Below are positions 18,764 to 29,271 of a stretch of DNA of 57,519 bases, in pieces (position 1 is the stretch's first letter; each line of letters starts with the position of its first letter). The notes beneath the pieces were generated by a model. That model saw nothing but the letters and a program-made list of their open reading frames with translations, was not told the DNA's origin and did no database searches. The position numbers and the translations under genes were made by a program. This DNA is from Chthonomonadaceae bacterium (GTDB lineage: Bacteria > Armatimonadota > Chthonomonadetes > Chthonomonadales > Chthonomonadaceae): positions 1-57,519 of the forward strand of contig DASRGZ010000123.1 of NCBI GenBank assembly GCA_035650735.1, read 5' to 3'.

Positions 18764-19489
18764 ATGCAGTATTCGGTGATTGGTGATGTGATGCAGTGCG
18801 TGATGGTCCAGATGACGGTGGGCGAGGAGGTCAAGGCCGAGGCGGGCGCCATGATCCTGATGACCGACGGCATCAACATGAACACGCAGATGACCGGCGG
18901 CTTCATGCAGAGCCTGGGACGGATGTTTGCCGGCTCAACGCTATTCTTTACCCACTTCAAGTGCCTGGCGCCCAGTGGCTCGGTGGCCTTCGCGGCCCAC
19001 TATCCCGGCCATGTGCGCCAACTGCCGTTGAACGGCGACAACTGGGTTTGCGCCAAGGAATCGTTCCTGTTCTGTACCCAGAACGTAGAGGTGCAGGTCG
19101 CGCTCACCAAGAAGGTTGGATTCGGCTTCTTCGGCGGCACGGGGTTCATCTTGCAGCGGCTCGTCGGCGTCGGCGACGCCTTTATTCACGGCGGCGGCAA
19201 CTTCCTGGAGTACGACCTGGCGCCCGGCCAGCGACTCAAGGTGGAAGCGGGCTGTTTCGTGGCCTGCCAGGATTCGGTACACTATGATGTCGAGTTCATC
19301 GGCGGCATCAAAAACGCGCTCTTCGGTGGGGAAGGGCTGTTCCTGGTGACGCTGACCGGGCCGGGACATATCATCCTTTCGACCATGCCGTTCTCGCGCA
19401 TGGCCGGGGCGATCCTGGCGCACGGCGGCGGACACAACGGCGGCAGCACCCTGGGCGATACGCTGGGCGAGGTCTTCAAGCGGATGTGA
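18764..19489 (+). CDS. AIM24 family protein
   Basis: GEEVKAEAGAM, FFGGTGFILQ, LFGGEGLFLVTLTGPG; ATG 18764 after AGGAGG. Confidence 0.92.
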   Translation: MQYSVIGDVMQCVMVQMTVGEEVKAEAGAMILMTDGINMNTQMTGGFMQSLGRMFAGSTLFFTHFKCLAPSGSVAFAAHYPGHVRQLPLNGDNWVCAKESFLFCTQNVEVQVALTKKVGFGFFGGTGFILQRLVGVGDAFIHGGGNFLEYDLAPGQRLKVEAGCFVACQDSVHYDVEFIGGIKNALFGGEGLFLVTLTGPGHIILSTMPFSRMAGAILAHGGGHNGGSTLGDTLGEVFKRM

Positions 19490-19614
19490 CCGCCCATGCA
19501 CCGCAGCGCGAGGTGTTCCTCCTGAGTTCGGTGTGGGGCGAGGTCTTCAGGCGAATCTGACCTCCTGCCCACAAGCAAGTTATTAAGCAATCTAGGATGT
19601 AAGGAGAAAGAGGA

Positions 19615-20688
19615 TTGGCACATAACGTAACGTTGATACGCGGAGATGGCACGGGGCCGGAACTGGTCGCCGCCGCCAAGCGAGTGCTGGAAGCGACCGG
19701 CGTAGAGTTCAACTGGGACATCCAGGACGCGGGCGTGGACATCATGGACAAGGCGGGAACGCCGCTGCCACCCGCCGTCATTGAGAGCATCCGTCGGAAT
19801 AAGGTCGCCCTCAAAGGCCCCATCACCACGCCCATCGGCACGGGCTTCCGCTCGGTCAACGTCGCCTTGCGCAAAGAGCTAGACCTGTATGCCTGCCTGC
19901 GGCCCTGCAAGTACTATCCGGGCATCCGCTCCAAATACCAGGATGTAGACCTGGTCGTGGTGCGCGAGAACACGGAAGACCTGTATGCGGGCGTGGAGTA
20001 CGAGGCGGGAACGCCGGAAGCGAAACAGATCATCCAGATGGCCGGCGGCAAGATCCGTCCCGATGCGGCGATCTCCATCAAGCCCATCTCTCCGACCGGC
20101 ACGCGCCGTATCGTCAAGTTTGCCTTTGACTACGCGCGCCAGAACAACCGCAAAAAGGTCAGCGCCGTGGCGAAGGCCAACATCATGAAGTACACGGACG
20201 GCTTGTTCTTCCGCGTGGCCTCGGAGGTCGCCAAAGACTACCCGGACATCGAGTACCAGGAAGTCCTGGTGGACAATATGTGCATGCAGCTTGTCCAGAA
20301 GCCGGAACTGTACGATGTGCTGGTGCTGCCCAATCTCTACGGCGACATCCTTTCCGACCTGTGCGCCGGGCTGGTCGGCGGGCTGGGCGTAGCGCCGGGC
20401 GCCAACATCGGCGAGAGCGCGGCCCTGTTCGAGCCGACGCACGGCTCCGCGCCCAAGTACAAGGGGCAGAACAAGGTCAACCCGACTGCGCTCATTCTCT
20501 CCGGTATGTTGATGCTGCGCCACCTCAAGGAGAACGAGGCCGCCGACCGGCTGGAGAAGGCAGTCGCCGCCGTCATCGCTGAGGGCAAGGATGTCACTTA
20601 CGACATGAAACCAGACCGCAACGACCCGACCGCCGTAGGCACTTCGGAGATGGCCGACGCCATCATCTGCAAGATGCAGGGGCGGTGA
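19615..20688 (+). CDS. icd: Isocitrate dehydrogenase (isocitrate/isopropylmalate DH family)
   Basis: [39 protein letters not shown]; adjacent to mdh. Confidence 0.88.
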   Translation: MAHNVTLIRGDGTGPELVAAAKRVLEATGVEFNWDIQDAGVDIMDKAGTPLPPAVIESIRRNKVALKGPITTPIGTGFRSVNVALRKELDLYACLRPCKYYPGIRSKYQDVDLVVVRENTEDLYAGVEYEAGTPEAKQIIQMAGGKIRPDAAISIKPISPTGTRRIVKFAFDYARQNNRKKVSAVAKANIMKYTDGLFFRVASEVAKDYPDIEYQEVLVDNMCMQLVQKPELYDVLVLPNLYGDILSDLCAGLVGGLGVAPGANIGESAALFEPTHGSAPKYKGQNKVNPTALILSGMLMLRHLKENEAADRLEKAVAAVIAEGKDVTYDMKPDRNDPTAVGTSEMADAIICKMQGR

Positions 20689-20698
20689 GGTGCCTGCC

Positions 20699-21655
20699 AT
20701 GCGAAAGAAGATCACCATCGCCGGAGCCGGGCAGACCGGGGCGACGCTGGCCCACTGGCTGGCGCAGCGCGGCGACGTAGATATCGTGCTCTATGACATT
20801 GTCGAGGGAATGCCGCAGGGCAAGGCGCTCGACTTGCAGGAAGCGATGCCGATCATCGGCTCGGATGCGCGCATCGTCGGCACCAACGGTTGGGACGAGA
20901 CCGTCAACAGCGATATTGTCGTCATTACCAGCGGCCTGCCCCGCAAGCCGGGCATGAGCCGCGACGATCTGCTCAAGGTCAATGCCGGCATCGTCAAAGA
21001 GGTGACCCGCAACGTCGTAGAGAGGTCGCCCAACGCGATCCTGATGCTGCTCACCAATCCGCTCGACGCCATGTGCCACATCGCCCTGCACGAGAGCGGC
21101 CTGCCGCCGGAGCGCGTCTTCGGGCAGGCGGGCATCCTGGATACGGCGCGCTTCCGTACCTTCCTGGCCCTGGAGCTCAACGTCAGCGTGGCTGAAGTCA
21201 ACGCCTATGTCCTCGGCGGGCACGGCGACGACATGGTGCCGCTCATCGGCAGCACCAACGTCGGCGGCATCCCCATCAGCAAGCTGATCCCTGCCGACCG
21301 CCTGGCCGCCATCGTGGAGCGCACCCGCAAAGGCGGCGGCGAGATCGTCTCCCTCCTGAAGACCGGCAGCGCCTTTTACGCGCCCTCCGCCGCACTCGCC
21401 CAGATGATCGATGCCGTCCTCAACGACCGCAAGCGCATCCTGCCCTGCGCCGTCTATACCGGCAGCAACGCGGGCGGCTACGGCGTCCGCGACCTCTATC
21501 TGGGCCTGCCCGCCAAGCTCGGCGCCAGGGGCGTGGAGGAAATCGTCTCCATTGACCTGACCCAGGACGAGCAGGCCGCGCTCCAGAAGTCGGCCAACTC
21601 CGTGCGCGAGCTTGTCCAGGCTCTCAGGAGCTTCGAGCCGCCCATGCTGCCGTAA
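20699..21655 (+). CDS. mdh: Malate dehydrogenase (LDH-like)
   Basis: [47 protein letters not shown]. Confidence 0.95.
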   Translation: MRKKITIAGAGQTGATLAHWLAQRGDVDIVLYDIVEGMPQGKALDLQEAMPIIGSDARIVGTNGWDETVNSDIVVITSGLPRKPGMSRDDLLKVNAGIVKEVTRNVVERSPNAILMLLTNPLDAMCHIALHESGLPPERVFGQAGILDTARFRTFLALELNVSVAEVNAYVLGGHGDDMVPLIGSTNVGGIPISKLIPADRLAAIVERTRKGGGEIVSLLKTGSAFYAPSAALAQMIDAVLNDRKRILPCAVYTGSNAGGYGVRDLYLGLPAKLGARGVEEIVSIDLTQDEQAALQKSANSVRELVQALRSFEPPMLP

Positions 21656-21789
21656 GCGGCGCGGATAGGCGACGCTTCAAACAGAAAAAGCGTGCGGCTT
21701 GCGCCGTTGGAGGCAAACAGCGTTAGCCGCACGTGCTTTGTTTTGATGTGAGGGAAATCAGAAGGAAGAGAGACGGGTACAGATTCGGA

Positions 21790-24477
21790 ATGGTCAGGAG
21801 TATTCGGCAAATAACTCTCTTATTGCCTGTGGTGGTCGCGGCGTCAGGGCTTCTGCCGCCGCCGGCACGGGCACAGAGCGAAAAGCCACTGCCGCATCGC
21901 GTGTTTGCCGGCAGCCGCTTTCGTATAGATAAAATCCTGGCGCGGCCTTACGACAGCGATGTGCCGTTTGGCGCAACGGGCGATAGGGTATGGGCGACCA
22001 GCCCGCAAGGATGGGCCTTTCGCGACGGCGTCCACCTGATCTACATCACCAACCTGGATGCCTTCGATCTCGTCGTTCAGGGCGGCGGGGTCAACTACGT
22101 TGTGGATAAGGCGGAGTACTACCCCAGCCACGTTCACATGGTCGGCGCTCCCGGCACGGCCATGACCGCCTCTGCCTCCTTCACCTTCACCATTGATAAG
22201 GTAGACAATCCCCTCAGTAAGCCCTTCAAGCCGGAAAAGCGCTGGACTTGCTGGAGCAGCGGCCACCGCGAGGATTGGTACGCCGTGGACCTCGGCAGGC
22301 CGCACCGCCTGACCGGCCTGGATGTCTACTTCTACGACGACCAGCCCAACGGCGGCTGCGCGCCCCCGGAGCGCGTCACGGTGGAACTATTCCGGGATGG
22401 CGGCTGGCATGAGACGGCCATCAGGCCCTTCACGCCCAGGCCGGGCAAGAACACACTTGTTTTCGCCGGCTTTCTGCCGGAACGCGCGGAACGAGTGCGG
22501 CTGACCTTTCGCAATCGGGGCGAAAACCTCTATACCGGCCTCTACGGCTTTGCGCCCTACTACGCCCCCGAGGCGCCGGCAGGGAGAGCCTCCCGCCCGG
22601 CACCTGCCTCGCCGCTGAAGGTGACGGGCGATAAGTGGATCACCGCCGACGATGTGCTGGTCTCGCGCCTGACGGTGACCAACCCCGGCAAGAGCGCGCA
22701 GCCGTTTTTTGTCCGCATGGATTCCGAGCTGAGCGGCGCGCTGCACGGTTACGCCGACCAGAGGCAGGTCGCCGGCTTCCCGCTCTACCTCGCCGCCACC
22801 GGTTTCGACGGGAAGGCGCGCGATACGGCCTTTCTTGCCGACCTGAAGCCAGGCGAGACGCGATCTTTTCTCTTTGCCTGCGCCGTCGCCAAGTCCCGCC
22901 AGGAGGCGGAAGCCCATCTGGCCGGGGCGCTGACCACTCCCGACCCGCTGCAAACCCAGATCGCGGCTTACCAGGGCTGGTACGACAGCAATATCGGCTA
23001 CTTTACGTGCAGCGATCCGCTCGTCGCCAAGATGTACTACCACCGCTGGTACAACCTCAAGAAGAACAGCATGAACCCGCAGTTAGGAAAGCTGGAGCAT
23101 CGCACGTTCTCCGAGGGGCGCTGGACGGCGGATTGGTACGCCAACGTCATCTCCTACGGCGCGGGGCACCAGATACGCGAGGCGCGCTGGCTGCGCGATC
23201 CCTCCTATGCCTGGGGCCACCTCCAGACCTGGACGGACAACCCGCGCCCAGATGGCATCTATCCCAGCCACGTCACACCGCAGGGCCAGCAAGGCGGGCA
23301 GTACACCGACTGGATCACCTCGCAAGCCTGGGAGACCTATCTCGTCCATCCCGATAAAACCCTGCTGGCCCGCATAGCTGATACACTGGCCCGCAACGCG
23401 GAGGGCTGGCGCAGGGTCTACGGCTGGGGGGATAGTCCCTTGCTGGTCGTGGATAGCCACTGGTGGACGGGCATGGAGTGGCAGCCCTCCTTCTTCTCCT
23501 TCGCGGGCTACCAGACGGGCGGCGGAGCCGGCACGGACAAAAGCAAGATGACCCCGCTGCGGCGCGTGGATCTGACCGCCTACAACTTCGGCAACGCCCA
23601 GGCGGTCGCCAACATCTATCGGGAATTGGGACGGAGAGAAGAGGCGGCCCGCCTGCAAAATCTGGCCGACGAGACGCGCGCCGCCGTCCTGGCGCAGATG
23701 TGGGACTCGCACACCCATTGGTTCCACTCCCTGCGCGCCTCCGATAACGCCCTCTCGCCCACGAAGGAGATCATCGGGCTCTATCCGTTCTACTTCGAAT
23801 TGCCGCCGCCCCGTCAGGGCTATGAGGCGGCGTGGAGCGTGGCGCTCGATCCGGCGCAGTTCTGGACGGCCTGGCCGCTGGCCTCCGTCTCCAGGGAGTG
23901 CCCGGCCTACTCGCAGACCGGCTGGCCCGTCGGCCCCGGCGGGAGCGGCTGCATGTGGAACGGCCCGACCTGGCCCCACGCCAATAGCCTCGTGCTGACG
24001 GCGATGGCGAACACCCTCCGCCACTACGCCCCCTGCGCGCTGACCCGGCAGAAATTGCTGGATCTCTTTACCTCCTTCACGCGCGCGCAGTATATGCACC
24101 AGAACCCGCTCTATCCCTGGACGGGCGAGTACTACAACGGCGACACGGGCGAGTGGAAGACGACGCAGCGCGACTACAACCACTCCACCTGGATAGACCC
24201 GCTCATTCGCGACTTGATCGGCCTTGTTCCGCGCCCGGACGACACGCTGGAGATAGACCCCCTGCTGCCGGAGGGCGCGTGGAGCTACTTCGTTCTCGAC
24301 GGCCAGGCCTACAAGGGCCACGATGTTACTATTGCCTATGACGCTCAGGGCGGGCATGTCGCCCCCGGTTTCCAGGGCTTCGCGGTCTACCTCGACGGCA
24401 AAAAAATCTATCACGCCGCCCGTCCCGCGCACGTACTCTATGATATGGTCGGGCATAAGCTGCTGGCACGCAAATAG
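21790..24477 (+). CDS. Secreted (alpha/alpha)6 glycoside hydrolase (GH63/MGH1-like) with discoidin/F5-8 domain
   Basis: Signal peptide; EDWYAVDLG discoidin motif; WNGPTWP, GEYYN and DYNHS motifs. Confidence 0.75.
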   Translation: MVRSIRQITLLLPVVVAASGLLPPPARAQSEKPLPHRVFAGSRFRIDKILARPYDSDVPFGATGDRVWATSPQGWAFRDGVHLIYITNLDAFDLVVQGGGVNYVVDKAEYYPSHVHMVGAPGTAMTASASFTFTIDKVDNPLSKPFKPEKRWTCWSSGHREDWYAVDLGRPHRLTGLDVYFYDDQPNGGCAPPERVTVELFRDGGWHETAIRPFTPRPGKNTLVFAGFLPERAERVRLTFRNRGENLYTGLYGFAPYYAPEAPAGRASRPAPASPLKVTGDKWITADDVLVSRLTVTNPGKSAQPFFVRMDSELSGALHGYADQRQVAGFPLYLAATGFDGKARDTAFLADLKPGETRSFLFACAVAKSRQEAEAHLAGALTTPDPLQTQIAAYQGWYDSNIGYFTCSDPLVAKMYYHRWYNLKKNSMNPQLGKLEHRTFSEGRWTADWYANVISYGAGHQIREARWLRDPSYAWGHLQTWTDNPRPDGIYPSHVTPQGQQGGQYTDWITSQAWETYLVHPDKTLLARIADTLARNAEGWRRVYGWGDSPLLVVDSHWWTGMEWQPSFFSFAGYQTGGGAGTDKSKMTPLRRVDLTAYNFGNAQAVANIYRELGRREEAARLQNLADETRAAVLAQMWDSHTHWFHSLRASDNALSPTKEIIGLYPFYFELPPPRQGYEAAWSVALDPAQFWTAWPLASVSRECPAYSQTGWPVGPGGSGCMWNGPTWPHANSLVLTAMANTLRHYAPCALTRQKLLDLFTSFTRAQYMHQNPLYPWTGEYYNGDTGEWKTTQRDYNHSTWIDPLIRDLIGLVPRPDDTLEIDPLLPEGAWSYFVLDGQAYKGHDVTIAYDAQGGHVAPGFQGFAVYLDGKKIYHAARPAHVLYDMVGHKLLARK

Positions 24478-24501
24478 ACGGGAAAGGAACAGGCTAAAGC
24501 G

Positions 24502-25416
24502 ATGAAGTCTCGACGCACGCTGATCGGCGCGGCGCTGGCCCTTGCGGCCTCCGCGCTCGCCCTCACGCTCTACGCCGCCCATGCCGCGCACGCGGCGCGC
24601 AGCGCAACCAAGCATATCCTTGTGGTCACGGTGACCAAAGGTTTCCGGCACGATAGCATCCCGGTTGCCGAACAGACCATCCAGATGCTCGGCAACAACA
24701 CCGGGGCCTGGCAGACCGATTTCGTCCGCAACGACGACGAGATGCGCGAGAAGATGACCCCAGACGCGCTTAAGAAGTACGATGCCGTCGTCTTCGCCAA
24801 CACCACCGGCGAGCTGCCGCTGCCGGATTATCAGGGCTTCCTGGACTATATCCAGGCCGGGCATGGGTTCGTCGCCATGCATTCGGGCAGCGACACGTTC
24901 CATAAGTGGCCGCCGACGCCCGATGCGCCCGTCTCGGCCTATGTCCAGATGCTCGGCGCTGAGTTCGAGACGCACCACCACCAGACCGCCGTGGATGCCC
25001 ACATTCTCGATCCCAACCATCCGAGCACAAAGCCGCTGGTGGCGGCAGGCAAGCGGGCGAATGGCGCAAGCCCTGGCGACCTTCAGCAGCATACCTTCGC
25101 CACAGGCAAGACCTGGCAGGTTTACGACGAGATCTATCTGTTCAAGAACGTGGATCGGCCTCACCTCCATGTTCTGCTGGCCCTGGATCGGCATCCCAAC
25201 GACGGCAGCCCGGAGGCAGGCCAGCCCGGCGAGTATCTTGTCTCCTGGTGCAAGTCCTACGGCAACGGGCGGGTCTTCTATACCTCCCTGGGGCATCGGC
25301 AGGAGATGTGGCGCGATCCGCTATATCAGCAGCATATCCTGGGGGGCATCAAGTTCGCGCTGGGCCTGGCCAAAGGCTCTACCGCGCCCAACCCGCCCTT
25401 GCACGCTGCTCGTTAG
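24502..25416 (+). CDS. ThuA-like domain secreted protein
   Basis: Signal peptide; KGFRHDSI, YDAVVFANTTG, GFVAMH, DEIY, GRVFYTSLGH. Confidence 0.88.
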   Translation: MKSRRTLIGAALALAASALALTLYAAHAAHAARSATKHILVVTVTKGFRHDSIPVAEQTIQMLGNNTGAWQTDFVRNDDEMREKMTPDALKKYDAVVFANTTGELPLPDYQGFLDYIQAGHGFVAMHSGSDTFHKWPPTPDAPVSAYVQMLGAEFETHHHQTAVDAHILDPNHPSTKPLVAAGKRANGASPGDLQQHTFATGKTWQVYDEIYLFKNVDRPHLHVLLALDRHPNDGSPEAGQPGEYLVSWCKSYGNGRVFYTSLGHRQEMWRDPLYQQHILGGIKFALGLAKGSTAPNPPLHAAR

Positions 25417-25577
25417 AGTGTTACGCTAACTTCTGGCAGCCACCCCGGAAGGGGCGGACCGCGGACGGCAAGCCCCCTGAAGGGGGCTAACCCACCCCTG
25501 GCAGCCCGCTTGAGCGGGCTTGCCGTCCACAGCCCGGTCCTTTAGGGCCGGGCACAGCCGGGGTTGCGTAGGCACTC
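25416..25577. mobile_element. MITE with GAG.. termini and TTA target duplication, carrying a REP-like palindrome
   Basis: TTA|GAGTGTTACGCTAAC ... GGTTGCGTAGGCACTC|TTA; imperfect TIRs. Confidence 0.7.
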
Positions 25578-25618
25578 TTAGTAATGAGAGGAACAGGCGA
25601 TTGCCCTGAGAAACCGTC

Positions 25619-25648
25619 TTGCCGGTGTTTAGCCGGAGGGGATATAAT
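25619..25648 (+). promoter_or_regulatory. Putative promoter
   Basis: TTGCCG-18 bp-TATAAT upstream of AGGAGG and ATG 25670. Confidence 0.55.
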
Positions 25649-25669
25649 AGAGGCAGGAGGGTAGGGGCG

Positions 25670-26380
25670 ATGATACCGCGACATTCCAGGCAAGGCCATC
25701 CGGGCGACGCGCGCATCTCCTGCCCACGCTGCCGCGCCAACAACTTTCCCGGGCAGCCGCAGTGCTGGCAGTGCCGTGCGCCCCTGCCGCCACCGGAGAC
25801 GCTGGCTGCTTCGGCGGCTTATTCTCCACAGGGAAACGTTCGCGGGGAAGTTCGCGGAGACGTTCGCGCTGCTGGCGTGCCGCACCCGATGCCTGTCCAA
25901 CCGCCGATGGCCGTCTCTCCCCATCCTTCCGCTTCCGTGCCCATCCCGCAGCGCCAACCGAACTACTGGCTGCTGATGCCCCTCATCGCCTTGATCACCT
26001 TTGCCATCGTGTGGTTTGTAGCCGGCAGGTCCTACCAAACGCGGATAGAGATTCCTCCGGCGAATGGCCGCGCTCCAGGATTCGATACCAATCCTGCCGG
26101 GCGCGTGCCGGAAGCTGTGACGTCCGAACCGCCCGCGACGCCGGGCGCTTCAACTGGCACGGCCCCGACGGAGGCCGATCCGCTGACAGCCCAGGCGCAG
26201 CGCGAGATCGAGCGGGCGAAACGAGGACTGAACCTGCCGCCCCCGAATGCGGTCGGCCCGGATGGGCGCGTGCGGCTGCGCGGTGGCGGCTCGATCTCGG
26301 TGGAGGAGTGGGAGGCGGCGCGGCGCAAGCTTCAGGATAGCCCGCTGACCAGGGAACCGCCCCCGCCTCCACCCTTCTGA
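25670..26380 (+). CDS. Zinc-ribbon, single-TM, Pro-rich hypothetical protein
   Basis: CPRC..CWQC; TM YWLLMPLIALITFAIVWFVAG; Pro-rich C-terminus. Confidence 0.75.
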   Translation: MIPRHSRQGHPGDARISCPRCRANNFPGQPQCWQCRAPLPPPETLAASAAYSPQGNVRGEVRGDVRAAGVPHPMPVQPPMAVSPHPSASVPIPQRQPNYWLLMPLIALITFAIVWFVAGRSYQTRIEIPPANGRAPGFDTNPAGRVPEAVTSEPPATPGASTGTAPTEADPLTAQAQREIERAKRGLNLPPPNAVGPDGRVRLRGGGSISVEEWEAARRKLQDSPLTREPPPPPPF

Positions 26381-26389
26381 TCGGCCCCG

Positions 26390-27193
26390 TCATGGCAGGC
26401 CGGTTTTGTGCCGAACCGGCGTGTAGTAGCGCTTAAGCCAGCGACTCAGACCGTCCAGACCCGGAAACAGCACCCGCTCCGTGATGTTGGCCTGGTCGAG
26501 CTTATCGCGCACCTCCCACTTTAACCAGGCGGGAATGATCACGCGGCGGTAGAGGCCCGGGCGCTTCTCCAGCCACCGGTCGAAGCGCGCGGTCGCGCTC
26601 GACATCAGGGAGAACAGTGCGAATTGGTTGACGATCCGCTCATCCAGTGAGGGCGGCTCCAGAAAGACCACGAATTCGCTCTTCGCCAGGTTATCGAACT
26701 CGGCCAGGGTGGGAGCGACCCTATCCAGCATTTCGGTGGTAAAGACGTACGAGCCTTCCTCCTCCAGAATCGCCTTAAGCGTCTCCGGCAGGGACTCGTC
26801 GGTGCTCACGTAGTTCACGCACCAGACGGCCCCATCCATATCATATTGCTCCAGATCCTCGGTGGCGAAGTGGAGGGCGACATAAGGCGAGTAGGTCCAG
26901 TCCAGCAGCCGCGTCGGCAGGCCGTGATGCTGCGCCACCGCCAGCCAGTTCCAGACCGAGTCTCCGGGCACCGCGTCCTTGCTGGCGTACTTGCGGAAGT
27001 TGCGCAGCAGATGCCCCTCCTCCTTTTCGTAGGCCAGGCCCAACTGCTGCAAACTGGTTTTCAAGTCGTAGGCGCTGCTGGCCATGCCGCGAAAGGCAAA
27101 GTGGGACCGGAAGCGCCCCAGCGATTCCTGCCAGGAGCCTTCATAGAGGCGTTCGTTGAGCTCGTTCCAGCTTGCTACCCGAATATCGTCCAT
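26390..27193 (-). CDS. FRG domain protein
   Basis: FAFRG..AQHHGLPTRLLDWTYSPYVALHFA..ERIVNQ..LFPGLDG. Confidence 0.92.
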   Translation of the reverse strand: MDDIRVASWNELNERLYEGSWQESLGRFRSHFAFRGMASSAYDLKTSLQQLGLAYEKEEGHLLRNFRKYASKDAVPGDSVWNWLAVAQHHGLPTRLLDWTYSPYVALHFATEDLEQYDMDGAVWCVNYVSTDESLPETLKAILEEEGSYVFTTEMLDRVAPTLAEFDNLAKSEFVVFLEPPSLDERIVNQFALFSLMSSATARFDRWLEKRPGLYRRVIIPAWLKWEVRDKLDQANITERVLFPGLDGLSRWLKRYYTPVRHKTGLP

Positions 27194-27422
27194 CGTCCGC
27201 AGAGTCCACCCGTGAGATTCCTTGCTGCCGATAGACTCCTTCTGCGGCGATAGCGTTCCCTTCGCATGGCTGTCAAGGCAAAAAAAGAACGAGGCGTCTG
27301 TTCCGAATAGGGTCGGAAAGACGCCTCGTCTATGGATGCGATAGATAGAGCCAGATTGCCCACATACAGGGCGGCTCATTGGTCACGATACCGTTTAGGG
27401 ATAGTTCAAGGCTTGATTTAAG

Positions 27423-27686
27423 TTAAGCCTCGTTCATATGCGCGTCAAACGGGATCAAGCCCAGGCGCGCGGCGCGGCGAAACGCCTGCACGCGGTTGGT
27501 CACCTGGAGCTTGTCGTAGATGTTCGCGAGATGGAAGTCCACTGTCCGCTTGCTGACATAGAGCATGTCAGCGACTTCCTTGCTGGATTTGCCTTCGATC
27601 ACGAGGGTCAGCACCTCGATTTCGCGCTTGGTAAGTTTAATCGGCTCCTCGTTGGGCCGCGGATCCTGCATGGTTATGTTGCTCAC
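27423..27686 (-). CDS. Stand-alone LuxR/GerE-type HTH regulator
   Basis: LTKREIEVL..GKSSKEVA..SKRTVDFHLANIYDKL; GTG 27686 7 nt after GGAGGAG. Confidence 0.92.
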   Translation of the reverse strand: MSNITMQDPRPNEEPIKLTKREIEVLTLVIEGKSSKEVADMLYVSKRTVDFHLANIYDKLQVTNRVQAFRRAARLGLIPFDAHMNEA

Positions 27687-27848
27687 TCTCTTGCTCCTCC
27701 ACACTCGGTCGCTGGCGAATGCCTGCGCCGTTGGCAATAAAGTCCTTCCACACAACCCGGCAATATTCTCAAAATATCGGGCCGCGACCCTAAAGATCAG
27801 GCAAAAACCCGAATCACTACCAGGAAATGGAGCAAGACGAATGCTCGC

Positions 27849-28020
27849 GGCAGGCTAAACCCTGCCGCTGTGGGGCCTACGGCCCGCTGCCTGCCTGCGC
27901 AGGCAGAGAGTCTCGCCTACCTGCGTGGGCGGAACGTTCTGCCTACGCAGGCAGAGGCAAACCCTGGCTTCTGCTCTCCCCTCTCCCGCAGCGTCGGGAG
28001 AGGGGTTAGGGGGTGAGGGC
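27849..28020. repeat. REP-like mosaic without 45-bp unit
   Basis: Same modules as 156-302 in opposite orientation. Confidence 0.88.
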
Positions 28021-28096
28021 CATTGGGGATGAAGGTAGATTAAGGAAAAACACAAGGGCCCTGTGAAGGAAGAATGTGAAGGAAGAAGGAGGAATC

Positions 28097-29212
28097 TCAG
28101 CCGAGGAAGTACTCAAAGAAGCCGCAGATCTGCGCATTGGCCTCTGGGGTTATGGGGTGTTCGGGGCGATGGGCCATTCCGACCCGGTGATCCGCACCCA
28201 GCAGCTTGTGGACACCGACCGTATGGTTGAGCGCTTGCCAGCGTGAGGGCGGATCTTCCGAGCCTGCGGCGACAAAGAACGGTCGTGGAGCCAGGAGGGC
28301 GTGCAGCTCATGGAGATCCTGCCCGGCTTCGATAAGCTGCTTGTAGGCGCCGGTGCGCGGGTTCTCATCCGTGGGAATCCCGGCCTTCCGGGGCGGTTTG
28401 CCCGGCTCATAGCCGAGGTACCAGGGCTCCCAATAGTTGACGTTAGGCCGGCTCTCATCAAAGACGATGCCCGGATCGGATACCGCCACGCACGCGAACG
28501 GCTCGTAGAGGCAGGCGGCAAACAGGGCCCACTTCCCCCCATAAGAGTGGCCGACCACGCCCACGCGCTCCGGGTCCACGTCGGGGAGGCTGGCAAGCAG
28601 ATTGTAGCAGTTAGCGGCCACATAGGCCAGGTAGGAAAGCGGCTGAAGCTGCGCCCGTTCCCAATTTGGGTAATAGATCGGGGAACCCTCTAACCCGGGC
28701 TGCTGGCCGATGCAGAGCGCCACAAACCCGCGACGCGCCATCTGGTAGCCGAAGTCATGCTGTAGCCTCTTCTCGGGGGTGAGGCCCGCGCCATCCTCGG
28801 GATAGTAAAAGACATCCAGCACCGCAGGAAAAGGGCCGTTCCCCTCCGGGAGGAGCAGATATCCGGTCGTGCTGCGCCCCGGCGCGACCTCGATCTCTAC
28901 CTTGTGGCGCGTAAAATTCTCTGTGCGCTCCTTTTCCAGAAAGCGGAGGCCGGGTTTCGCGATTAGAGGAGGCCAGGGTCTCAGGACTTCATGCCAGCCG
29001 GTGAGGATTTCCCTCCGACGCTCTTGCCAGTCGGCGGCGGTTCTCACCAGGCGGCCATCTTGAAATTGCATCACCGAGCGATAGGTTCCCAGGTCGCCCC
29101 GGAACGTCTCCGGCGTCTCGAAAAAAGGCCCGATCTGGCTCCAGAGCAAGTCGGATTTCTCTAACGTCGGTTCTGTGCGTCGTTGCCTCTGTGTTGGGCG
29201 ATCTGCTGCCAT
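28097..29212 (-). CDS. Alpha/beta hydrolase (dienelactone hydrolase/carbohydrate esterase-like)
   Basis: GPFPAVL, DVDPERVGVVGHSYGGK nucleophile elbow, ALLAPRPF, GSED, EH. Confidence 0.85.
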   Translation of the reverse strand: MAADRPTQRQRRTEPTLEKSDLLWSQIGPFFETPETFRGDLGTYRSVMQFQDGRLVRTAADWQERRREILTGWHEVLRPWPPLIAKPGLRFLEKERTENFTRHKVEIEVAPGRSTTGYLLLPEGNGPFPAVLDVFYYPEDGAGLTPEKRLQHDFGYQMARRGFVALCIGQQPGLEGSPIYYPNWERAQLQPLSYLAYVAANCYNLLASLPDVDPERVGVVGHSYGGKWALFAACLYEPFACVAVSDPGIVFDESRPNVNYWEPWYLGYEPGKPPRKAGIPTDENPRTGAYKQLIEAGQDLHELHALLAPRPFFVAAGSEDPPSRWQALNHTVGVHKLLGADHRVGMAHRPEHPITPEANAQICGFFEYFLG

Positions 29213-29271
29213 AGTATCACACCTCATCCCTGGGAGTTAGCTTGTATGCCTCGCCGCTAAAGGAGCAAGCG

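Noticed and set aside
23083..25296. 737-aa antisense ORF
   Set aside because: Lies opposite two well-supported plus-strand genes; GC codon-bias artefact.
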